This document shows positions 1-8,700 of a DNA stretch of 58,717 nt, piece after piece. Position numbers and translations under genes: made by a program. The notes beneath the pieces were generated by a model. That model was given only the letters and a program-made list of their open reading frames with translations. It was not told where the DNA came from and ran no database searches. The stretch comes from a virus (lineage: Duplodnaviria > Caudoviricetes), in IMG/VR virus record IMGVR_UViG_3300048851_000095, positions 1 to 58,717 of that record. One strand, written 5' to 3'. Positions within the stretch are counted from its first letter, which is position 1; every line of letters begins with the position of its first letter.

Positions 1-11
1 CTCCTTCACTG

Positions 12-224
12 TTAGCGGAAGTACACCCTCTCAATCTCGCGAGTCTTCTCGTTGCGCAGCAGAATTGACTTACCGTCTTTCTGAGCTTCTTCGAGAAAGA
101 CTTGTGTAGAAATCGCCCGCCTCAGGACCTCGGTCAGCGTCACGTGACTCTGCTCGGCAAGGTCTCGCGCAGCGCGAAGCACCTCGTCGGGCAGATTGAC
201 AGAGATTTTACTGACACCGGACAA
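12..224 (-). CDS. Ribbon-helix-helix (CopG-like) DNA-binding protein
   Basis: KISVNLPDEVLRAARDLAEQSHVTLTEVLRRAI fits RHH; TTG start at 224 preceded by AGGAGG. Confidence 0.75.
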   Translation of the reverse strand: MSGVSKISVNLPDEVLRAARDLAEQSHVTLTEVLRRAISTQVFLEEAQKDGKSILLRNEKTREIERVYFR

Positions 225-622
225 CTGATTCGCACCTCCTACGCGACCATCGCGTATATACAGAGTATTCCTCTGGTGCATACTTTGCAACGTATTCCGG
301 CCGCGGGCGCGGTCGGTCCCACCCGGCGGTACCCACCTGATCCCGACGAGGAACAGGCCGGTCTCGTTGAACTCGCAGACGGTCGCTACGGCTAGCACTA
401 CGCCGACAGCGACGACGTCACCATCCTGAAACGCGGCCCCGAAGCTGAATCGCAGACACCGTTCAACGGGAACCTGGTAGCGCCACCCCCCGTCTGATCA
501 TCCGTGGATGAGTTCGAGTACGTCGAAAACGGTGGCCTACTGCCGATCGAGGTGGCGGTAGTCGACCAGCTCCGCGCCCACGTCGCCGAGCTCCGGGCAT
601 CTGGTGTCCTGCCGGCGGATGA

Positions 623-832
623 TCAGTCGGACTTCGGCACGTAGTGCAGGCCGTCGAGGTGGATCGTCGGGAACCAGCGCATCGTGTGGGCGTAGATCAC
701 CGCGTCGCACCGCCGGCACGTCCACGTCCGGCACGGCGGATCATGGAGGTTGTCCCAGCCGACCAGCACCCGGCGCGGGCCGAGCTGGTGACCGTTCGGG
801 CACCGCTTCGGCGGATTCGTATCGGAGAACAC
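623..832 (-). CDS. Small Cys/His zinc-ribbon-like hypothetical protein
   Basis: CPNGH...C.TWTCRRC motif. Confidence 0.6.
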   Translation of the reverse strand: MFSDTNPPKRCPNGHQLGPRRVLVGWDNLHDPPCRTWTCRRCDAVIYAHTMRWFPTIHLDGLHYVPKSD

Positions 833-893
833 AGAGACCTCTCTTGAGGCTCAATCTCCGCCCGCTAAGCATATTGCCACCGCGCGACAGAAC

Positions 894-936
894 AAGACCG
901 CCCGAGCCATGACTTAGATGGCTCGGGCGGTCTTTC
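894..936 (+). terminator. Intrinsic terminator-like hairpin
   Basis: Perfect 17-bp stem AAGACCGCCCGAGCCAT/ATGGCTCGGGCGGTCTT with 7-nt loop. Confidence 0.7.
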
Positions 937-1068
937 GTCGTTGGGTCGAACCCTTCCCGATCAAACCCAACGGCGACACCGTAGAACTGGGCACCGACAA
1001 ACCGCCGTTCACGGACGGAGAGCCGAGGATTTGCGGCGATGACGGTCTATCCTGACCAGTAGGTAATT

Positions 1069-1119
1069 GCTGCTGGCCTTGGGCCGGGCGTGAAAGATTC
1101 ACACCCGGAAGGTCGCAGC
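1069..1119 (+). promoter_or_regulatory. Conserved late-gene leader hairpin, copy 1 (major tail)
   Basis: GCTGGCCTTGGGCCG at 1072-1086; 5' arm pairs with AAGGTCGCAGC over the SD; TATCCT (-10-like) at 1048. Confidence 0.8.
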
Positions 1120-1121
1120 TG

Positions 1122-1814
1122 ATGCCGAACACCACCTGGCCCTCGATCCGCGCGAAGCGTTTCCGTCTCACCAAACTGGATGAGTGCGGGATCCCCGTCA
1201 TCGGACCCAAGTCGACGATGTCGATCAAGTCATTCGTCAAAGCCGGGCTGTCGCCCGAGTACGAAGACGGCGAGGACACGTTCCTGAAGGACGGCAACGG
1301 CGACCCCGACGTCCGCGACACCGGCAAACCGGTCCTCAAGAACGTGGGCGTCGAGATCGAGTTCATCCGGATCAGCCCGGAAGCGTGGAACCTCATCACC
1401 GGCATGCCGCTGGCCGTCGACTACGCAGGCAACGCAGTCGGTGTCACCCTCGGTCAGATCATCGAAACGAACTTCGCTCTCGAGGTGTGGTCGGACGTAC
1501 CCGGGACCGCCTGCACCGGCGGCGCGAAGCCGTACGGCTACTTCCTGCTGCCGTTCGTGTCGTCGGGCAAGCTCGGTGAGGTGTCGATCGAGGAGGCCGC
1601 CGCGACGTTCACCCTGTCGGCGACCACAAAGGACGGCGCGGGCTGGGGTGCCGGACCGTACGACGTCGACCTGAACGAGGCTGCCGACGAAGAGGATCCG
1701 CCTGTGCCGGGCCCGCTGGTCACCCCGCTCACTGGAACGGACCACTTCCGGATCCAGCAGGTGCTGCTGCCGCCCCCGGCCGTGACTGCGGGTGCGGTTC
1801 CGCTGGCTGCCTGA
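1122..1814 (+). CDS. Major tail protein
   Basis: 230 aa; RLTKLDECG, NFALEVWSD, YGYFLLPF motifs resemble actinophage major tail proteins; first gene of tail operon. Confidence 0.8.
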   Translation: MPNTTWPSIRAKRFRLTKLDECGIPVIGPKSTMSIKSFVKAGLSPEYEDGEDTFLKDGNGDPDVRDTGKPVLKNVGVEIEFIRISPEAWNLITGMPLAVDYAGNAVGVTLGQIIETNFALEVWSDVPGTACTGGAKPYGYFLLPFVSSGKLGEVSIEEAAATFTLSATTKDGAGWGAGPYDVDLNEAADEEDPPVPGPLVTPLTGTDHFRIQQVLLPPPAVTAGAVPLAA

Positions 1815-2599
1815 TGGAGTGGCCGATCATCATTCCGCCGAAGTCGCAGTCTGTTTGGGATGCTGCCGAGGCGGATGACCAGGCGCGGGCCGAGGCGATG
1901 GCCGTGTCGTTGCTCCATTCGTTGACCGGACGGGTGTTCGGTTTGCGGGAGCAGACGGTGCGGCCGTGTTTCGGCCCGCCGCCTGGCTACTCCACCTACG
2001 CCGGATATTCCGGTGACGGTGGCCGAGCGGGCGCCGTGTTTTGGCCCGGCATCGCTTTAGGTGGCGTGAATGTGGTTGGTGCGTGCGGGTGTTCGTCGTC
2101 GTGCAGTTGCGTCGGCAAGTCGGAGGTAGCGCTGCCCGGACCGGTGCATTCGATCATCTCGGTGATGGTCGACGGTGTCGCGCTCACATCTGCCGCATAC
2201 AAGGTGAAGAACCGGCGCTGGCTCCTCCGGACCGACGGCCGTGAGTGGCCCCAGGTGCAGAACCTCGACGTCGACGACGACGAGGTGGGGGCCTTCACCG
2301 TCACCTACCTGCAGGGTGTCGCGGTCCCTGTGGCGGGTCAGGTCGGCGCCGGCGCGCTGGCGGTCGACATTCTGAAGTCGTTGACGGGTAAGGGCGGGGT
2401 GTGCAAACTCCCGCCGAACGTCACCTCAGTCAACCGTGAGGGTGTGTCGATGGACTTCGACCCCGCCGCCTACATCGAGGCTGGCCTGACGGGTGTTGAA
2501 GAGGCCGACTCGTGGATTCGGACGGTCAACCCGGGTGGGTTGCGACGGCGGCCGAGGGTGCTGATTCCTGGCCAGCGGGGTGCGGTGAAGCTGCGGTGA
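1814..2599 (+). CDS. Head-to-tail adaptor
   Basis: LHSLTGRVFG..VRPC, WPQVQNL, CKLP..VTSVNREGVS motifs; synteny. Confidence 0.7.
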   Translation: MEWPIIIPPKSQSVWDAAEADDQARAEAMAVSLLHSLTGRVFGLREQTVRPCFGPPPGYSTYAGYSGDGGRAGAVFWPGIALGGVNVVGACGCSSSCSCVGKSEVALPGPVHSIISVMVDGVALTSAAYKVKNRRWLLRTDGREWPQVQNLDVDDDEVGAFTVTYLQGVAVPVAGQVGAGALAVDILKSLTGKGGVCKLPPNVTSVNREGVSMDFDPAAYIEAGLTGVEEADSWIRTVNPGGLRRRPRVLIPGQRGAVKLR

Positions 2600-3144
2600 T
2601 CGACTGCAACGAGTACGGGTTGGCGGCGCAGCTCCTCGCTGTGCTCGGCGCTGAGGTCGGCGTGACCCGCGGAGGTGCCGACGACCTGATCCAGATGGTT
2701 CATCCGGGTGGTCAGCCACCGATGTACGGGTGCGGTCTGATGTGGACGAGGGTTGTTGGTACGGCGGCTGATTCGGGTGCAGGTGCGTTGCAGCGACCGG
2801 TGCGGGATGGTGTGGTGCCGACGTGGCGGGTCGAGCTGGAGATGGGTGTGTACCGCTGCTATCCGGTCCCCGAGGGCCGGGACGTGATGCCTGAACCGGT
2901 GGTGCTGGACAGCGCCGCCCGAGATGCGTTCGACGATGCGGCAGCGATGCGCCGCGCGGCCGTGGCTGCGTTCCTCGACGAGGACGGTGACCCGGACCTG
3001 TCGGTGACGCCGATGGCGTGGCGGCCGGTATCCCCGATGGGCGGTGTCCATGGCGGTTTGATGACGGTGCGGGTGATGGCTGATTTATCGGGTCAGGGCC
3101 CGGATGATGGGTGGCCGATGTTGCCGGGTGACCCGCGCGCCTGA
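2596..3144 (+). CDS. Virion structural protein (head-tail connector/tail terminator-like)
   Basis: GTGA overlap with upstream gene; ELEMGVYRC and W.P..P.GG..GG motifs; synteny. Confidence 0.55.
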   Translation: MIDCNEYGLAAQLLAVLGAEVGVTRGGADDLIQMVHPGGQPPMYGCGLMWTRVVGTAADSGAGALQRPVRDGVVPTWRVELEMGVYRCYPVPEGRDVMPEPVVLDSAARDAFDDAAAMRRAAVAAFLDEDGDPDLSVTPMAWRPVSPMGGVHGGLMTVRVMADLSGQGPDDGWPMLPGDPRA

Positions 3145-3185
3145 CTTCATATGTCGGGGTAACGGTGGACTGTACCCTCGGTGTC

Positions 3186-3623
3186 ATGAGTGATGAAGAA
3201 GTGACAGTTCGTGCGACTCAGTCGATCGCCGGGTTCGTGGAGGGCGAGACGGTGACGCTCGTCCGGTCTCGGTTCGTGGACCGGCTGATCGCGCAGGAGA
3301 GTCTGGTCGTGGTCACGGACGGCCCGGTCGGGACGGTCGAGTCCGGGCTGATCAAGGTCGTCGAGGGCGACCCCAAGGACCCGGCTTACACAAACACCAG
3401 CCACCTCGGAGTCGAGGCCGATCATCCGTGGGTGGTTGACGGCAAAGTTGTTGTGCCGCCTCGCAACGGATCCCGCGAGCTGTGGGCCAACTTCCTGACC
3501 GCGGTGAAGTGGGCGTTTCCCGGAGAAGCAACACGCGACGCGCTGATCGCGATCTGGGACGAGCACGCCGACGACATCGACCTCGCCTACACAGCAACCA
3601 GCGAGACTCTCGATGGCGAGTAA
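3186..3623 (+). CDS. Hypothetical protein with C-terminal PxRNxSxExWAxF helical domain
   Basis: ORF in tail operon; domain shared with 55235..55615. Confidence 0.6.
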   Translation: MSDEEVTVRATQSIAGFVEGETVTLVRSRFVDRLIAQESLVVVTDGPVGTVESGLIKVVEGDPKDPAYTNTSHLGVEADHPWVVDGKVVVPPRNGSRELWANFLTAVKWAFPGEATRDALIAIWDEHADDIDLAYTATSETLDGE

Positions 3624-3894
3624 GCCGCAGCGGTTCCGCAAGCTGCCTGCCGAGATCGACGCGCTGCAGCTCACCCGCGACAACGTCGCCGAGGTCGAAG
3701 CCTTTATCAACGGCAAGGCCAAGGACGCAACACTCCCTGGGCCGGGCCGCGGCATCACTCATGGCGTCAAGATTCACACGCTCGAAGGCGACATGCTTGC
3801 CGCGTGGGGTGACTGGATCATCAAGGGCGTCGCGGGGGAGTTCTACCCGTGCAAGCCGGACATCTTCGCTGCGACCTACGAGGCGGTGACCTGA
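3613..3894 (+). CDS. Small conserved phage protein (PGDYG-like family)
   Basis: FRKLP.EIDA..IHTLEGDM.A..GDWIIKGV.GEFYPCKPDIF..TYE signature. Confidence 0.8.
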   Translation: MASKPQRFRKLPAEIDALQLTRDNVAEVEAFINGKAKDATLPGPGRGITHGVKIHTLEGDMLAAWGDWIIKGVAGEFYPCKPDIFAATYEAVT

Positions 3895-4343
3895 TGCCTG
3901 TCGAGATGCATCGCGACGTCATCGAGCGGGAGCTGGACCAGGCGGCAGAGAAGTGGGCACACAGAGTCGGCCGCCGAGTCACCACCGCAGCGAAGAAGAT
4001 CGTCTCCGCTGACGGACACGTCGACAGCGGCAGGATGCGCGCTGCCATCGACTACGCCGTTGATCGCACCGGACCCACCACCAAGCGAGTCATTGTCGGC
4101 TGCAGCGTCGACTACGCCAAGTACTTCCACACCGGCACCGGTATCCACGGCCCCGCCGGGCGGCCCATCGTCCCGCTGCGGCCACTCAACCCGGCCGGGC
4201 GGCCGTCGGCCCTGAAGTTCACACCGAAGGGCAGCAAAGACGCAATCTTCCGGCGCAGCGTGGCCGGTATGAAACCAGATCCGTTCCTCACCAAAGCGCT
4301 CGTCGAAGTCCTCGGCGACACCGGCACCATCCGCGAACTCTAG
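3894..4343 (+). CDS. HK97 gp10-like neck/tail completion protein
   Basis: VDSGRMRAAI, YAKYFHTGTG, PDPFLTKAL motifs. Confidence 0.7.
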   Translation: MPVEMHRDVIERELDQAAEKWAHRVGRRVTTAAKKIVSADGHVDSGRMRAAIDYAVDRTGPTTKRVIVGCSVDYAKYFHTGTGIHGPAGRPIVPLRPLNPAGRPSALKFTPKGSKDAIFRRSVAGMKPDPFLTKALVEVLGDTGTIREL

Positions 4344-4357
4344 GAGACCGACAACAC

Positions 4358-5038
4358 ATGGCAACCTCCCGCACGACTGCAGCGAAGAAGGCCCCCGCGA
4401 AGAAGGCGGCACCCCGCAAGGCCGCCGCCAAACCCGCCGCGGTCGACGCGGTCGACGCGCAGCTCGAGTCCATCCAAGCAACCGACGACCCGGAGCTGCT
4501 CCGCGAGGAGGCGGCGAAACTCCGGAAGCTGGCCGCCGAACTCGGCGGCGACGCGGACCTGACCGCGATGGCCGAGGAGAAAGAGGCCGCGGCGAAAGCG
4601 ATCGACGGCCTCGACGCCACCACCGACATCGATGCCGACGACGACGAAGACGACTTCAGCGACATCCCCGAAGAGTTCCGATTCACCACCCGCAAAAAGG
4701 AAGGCGACGAACGGGAACCCGAGGTCATCCCGATCGTCATCGACGGCCGCCGCTGGGAGCTGACCCAGCCGTCCGAGTCCGCACTGTTCATTCTCGCCGC
4801 CAAAATCACCAGCGAAACAGCCACCAACCAGGACCGCACCCTGTCGATGATCGACCTCGTCCGTCTGTGCATCGGCCCGGTCGCCTGGTCGCACCTGTAC
4901 CAGCTCATGATGGATCCCCGTTCAGACTTCGACGACGACGGAGTCGGCGAGATCGCGATGCGGATTGTCGAACGCTGGGGTTCCGCCACACCGAAGAACC
5001 GCGCCGAGAAGCGTCGGGCCGCACGCGCAAGGAAGTAG
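4358..5038 (+). CDS. Tail assembly chaperone (N-terminal, G-like)
   Basis: Position before tape measure; ends PKNRAEKRRAAR. Confidence 0.65.
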   Translation: MATSRTTAAKKAPAKKAAPRKAAAKPAAVDAVDAQLESIQATDDPELLREEAAKLRKLAAELGGDADLTAMAEEKEAAAKAIDGLDATTDIDADDDEDDFSDIPEEFRFTTRKKEGDEREPEVIPIVIDGRRWELTQPSESALFILAAKITSETATNQDRTLSMIDLVRLCIGPVAWSHLYQLMMDPRSDFDDDGVGEIAMRIVERWGSATPKNRAEKRRAARARK

Positions 5039-5659
5039 ATGGCGGGACCGCCCTGGCTTGACGTCCCGAAACAGTGGGTGTTCGACGGCCACCGCATAGG
5101 GGTAATCGTCCCGCCCACAACGGATCTCGTGCAGGCCCTGTTGATCGACAACGAAGCATGCGGGATGTGGATCCTCACCGCCACGATGGACCGTTTCGAC
5201 GCGATGTGGATGTACTCCCGCATCTTCGAACCCGAACTGCCGCTGGTGCAGTTCGATCTGCTCGACGAGATCGCCGACACCCTCGTCGCCCGGATTGTCG
5301 GGATACCGCGGTGGACCGCGACCGCGATCTGGAAGGAAACGTTGGGGGCATGGCCCCTGGTCGACGGCGAACTCCAAGCCCGAGGAATCAACGTCACCGA
5401 CCTCCCGCCGCATCGCGCGACGAACGCTGTCATCGGTGTGTGGCGTGGTTTCTATTCCGGCGGTGACGGATTCTCGAAGTGGTGGGACAAGATGAACCGC
5501 GAACCCACCCGGGTCCTGATCCGGGAACTCGAACGTGAGGACGACGAGTCGGCAGCGAACGATTTCGCCGCGGTGATGGCGTTGTCGCAGGGTGTGCAGG
5601 CCGCACCACGCGTCGAAGATAGTCAGGTTGTCGACCAGATACCCGATACCCTGCAGTAA
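5039..5659 (+). CDS. Tail assembly chaperone (T-like)
   Basis: Immediately upstream of tape measure; in frame with previous ORF. Confidence 0.6.
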   Translation: MAGPPWLDVPKQWVFDGHRIGVIVPPTTDLVQALLIDNEACGMWILTATMDRFDAMWMYSRIFEPELPLVQFDLLDEIADTLVARIVGIPRWTATAIWKETLGAWPLVDGELQARGINVTDLPPHRATNAVIGVWRGFYSGGDGFSKWWDKMNREPTRVLIRELEREDDESAANDFAAVMALSQGVQAAPRVEDSQVVDQIPDTLQ

Positions 5660-5667
5660 GGAAGTTT

Positions 5668-5717
5668 GACGCCGCTGGCCTTGGGCCGGGCACGTTGCCT
5701 GGGAGGCCGCGGCGTTG
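5668..5717 (+). promoter_or_regulatory. Conserved late-gene leader hairpin, copy 2 (tape measure)
   Basis: GCTGGCCTTGGGCCG at 5674-5688; CGCCGC-T-GGCCTT pairs with GAGGCC-GCGGCG; TACCCT at 5647. Confidence 0.8.
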
Positions 5718-8700
5718 TCTAGTCCATGGGCTGATGCTCGCGTTGAAGCGTCGCTGGACTACGGCAACATCGACGAGGAACTCCAACAACGTTTGGTGCG
5801 GTCCACTGAGATCGCGTCGAAGGCGTGTCAGAAGCATTTCCGTGCGATCGAGCGGGCTGCCCGGACTTCGGCCACCAACACGGGGCAGAACTGGGAACGC
5901 GCCGCGCTGCGGGTATCGCGGGCGATGGAGACGGCTGAGACCCGCGGGGGGAAAGCCCTTGCGGCGCTGGCGTTGCACGGCCAGAAGGCGGCAGCGAAAC
6001 TCCGGGATTCGTTCGACGACGCCTTTGACCGGATCCTCGCGAAAGCGACATCGGTCCTCGCCTCCGTACGCGCGGAGCTGAGATCTCTGCCGAACGCGAC
6101 CGTCAAATTGACTGTCGAGTTCAGCAAGACACAGGCCGAAGTGGCGGCACGGGCGATCCATACACACCTGCGCAACTTTGTGCGTTTGGTTCTCGGGCCG
6201 ATCGAGTTCGGGGTGAGCCTGAACGACACCGCAGCTCGCGCCCGGCTCACTGAACTCACTCGCACACGGACTGTCCGTATCAACACAGTCACGGGTAGCG
6301 ACCGCGGCAGCAGTGGTGGTGGTGACGTAGACCGGATTGGCCGGTCCGGACGTGCGCTGTCGGGGATCACGTCGATGCTCGGTTCGATCGCGTCCGGCGC
6401 CGGCACCGCGGCGAAATACCTCGGGATCGCCGGTTCGGCGGTCGTCGCGCTCGGCGCCGCGACCCCTGCTGTCGCCGCTCTCGCGGCTGTCCTCGCATCT
6501 GTGGGTGTGGCCGCCGGTGGCGCTGCTATCGCCGGTGTGTCGGCCCTGGCCCTCGCAGTGGGCACCCTGAAGGTCGGCATGTCCGGAGTCGGGGACGCGT
6601 TCACCGCGCTCGGTGCCGAAGCGACCGGTGGGGGTGGCGCCGCGGTCGACGTCGCCAAACAGATGGCGGACGCGCAACGCACGCTCACCCGGGCGGTCCG
6701 CGACGAGAAAGACGCACAGAAAGATGTCTCCGACGCCCGCAAGGATGCACTCGAACGTCTCGAGGACTACAACCTCGAAGCCAAGGGCGCCGCGCTGTCG
6801 GAGAAGGATGCGGTCCTTTCACTGAAAGAGGCCCGCGAAGACCTCGCCAAAGGCGGGTTCGACAACGGCACCGAACGAGAACGCGCCGCTCTCCGCGTCG
6901 AGCAGGCCGAACAGCGACTGGCCGAAACCCGAGAGTCCAACGGTGACCTCGAATCCGAGATCGCCGACGCCCGGAAGAAGGGGGTCAACGGTGCCGACGA
7001 GGTGGTCGACGCGAACCGCCGCCTCGAGGACGCGACCTATGCCGTCAGGGACGCCCAGTACGCCCTGAACCAGGTCGGGAAAGACAGCGGCAGCGGAATC
7101 GACAAGGCCGCAGAAGCTCTCGCGAAACTGTCCCCCCACGCCCGTGACTTCGTCCTCGCGATCCGGGGGGTCAAACCCGCCTGGGACGAGATGAAGAGCG
7201 GCGTACAGGATTCGCTGTTCGCTGGTCTCGCTGACCGGATCCAACCCCTCGCGAACACCTACCTCCCAATCCTCGGCGCCGCGATGACGACCGTCGCCGA
7301 CGGCTTCAACGAAGGCGCAATCTCAGCCCTCAACTTCGCCCAATCCGGCACCGGCATCTCCGTCATGTCGACACTGCTGGGCGAGTCGGCGAACATGGCC
7401 GGCAACCTCGGATCGACACTTGGGAACCTCGTGCCCGGACTCGCAGCAATCGCAGCCGGTGCAGGACAGGCCTTCTCGCCACTGACGGACGGGATGGCTG
7501 GCGTCGTCCGCGGCTGGTCCGACCGCATGGTCGAACTGCAGCAGAACGGCGGGATGCAGGCGTTCTTCGAAAAGGCGATGGACGTCGCATCCCAGTTCGG
7601 TGCCGTCCTCAGCGACATCGGCGGAATCATCTCCGGCGTTTTCAACGCCGCGAACTCCGCCGGGTCCGGCCTGATGGGAACCCTCGGTCAGGTCCTCGAC
7701 CAGGTCAACACGTTCGTCAACAGCGTGCAGGGCCAAGAGGCACTCACCACATTCTTCTCGTCGATGATGACCGCCGTCGGCGCAGTCCTGCCCGTGTTCA
7801 TGGAACTCGCGAGCATCGTCGGAACCGTTGTCGCGCCGGTCATCGCGCAACTGGCGACCACCCTCGGTCCCGTACTGATGCAGGTCGCGAGCGCGCTCGG
7901 CGACAGACTGCGGGCACTGGCTCCTGCCTTCGGTCCGGTCGGCGACGCCATCGCCGCGATCGGCACCGCGCTGGTCCCGATCCTCCCGATCCTCGGAAGG
8001 CTGATCGGGTCATTCCTTGAACTCGCGGGCCCGATCATCGGGTCCCTCGCGACCGCGCTGGGCCCGATTCTGGAAGTCATTGGCAACGGGCTGATCGCAG
8101 CGTTCGAGGCACTGCAACCGGCGATCGGCCCCGTCACCGACGTCCTAATGATCCTGTCCGAGGTTCTTTCGGAGTACTTCACTCAGTACGCAAGCGTCCT
8201 GGTCGAGATCATCAACGGTCTGGTGCCGGTGATCACCACTCTGGCAACAGGATTCGGTGAGCTCCTCACGGCGCTGTTGCCCGTTCTCCCGATCCTTGGT
8301 GACGCGTTAATTCAGATCATCACCGCGGTCGCGCCGATGATCCAGGAGATGGCGGGGGTGTGGCTCGAGGTCGTCCAGGCGATCCTGCCGCTGCTACCGC
8401 CTCTGATCCAGATCGTGGCCAACCTCCTGCCGCCGCTGATCGAGCTGATCACCGCGCTGCTCCCGGTGACGATGATGGCGGCCCAAGTGTTTGCGCAGCT
8501 GATCGTGGCGATCGCACCGATCCTGACCGTGTTGGCGCAGGTGATCGCCAAGTTTTCCGAGGTGATCGCCGCGGTGGTGTCGTTCTCGGCGCAGGTGATC
8601 GGAACGGTTGTCGACTTCGTCGGGAAGGTCGTCGGGTTCTTCGGTGGGCTAGTCACCCAGGTGACCGACAAAGTTGGTGGCGTCAAGGACGCGGTAGTCA

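Noticed and set aside
310-497. Possible pseudogene: frame continues through TAG at 393-395 to TGA at 497
   Set aside because: No clear start or recognisable family; cannot be supported without a search
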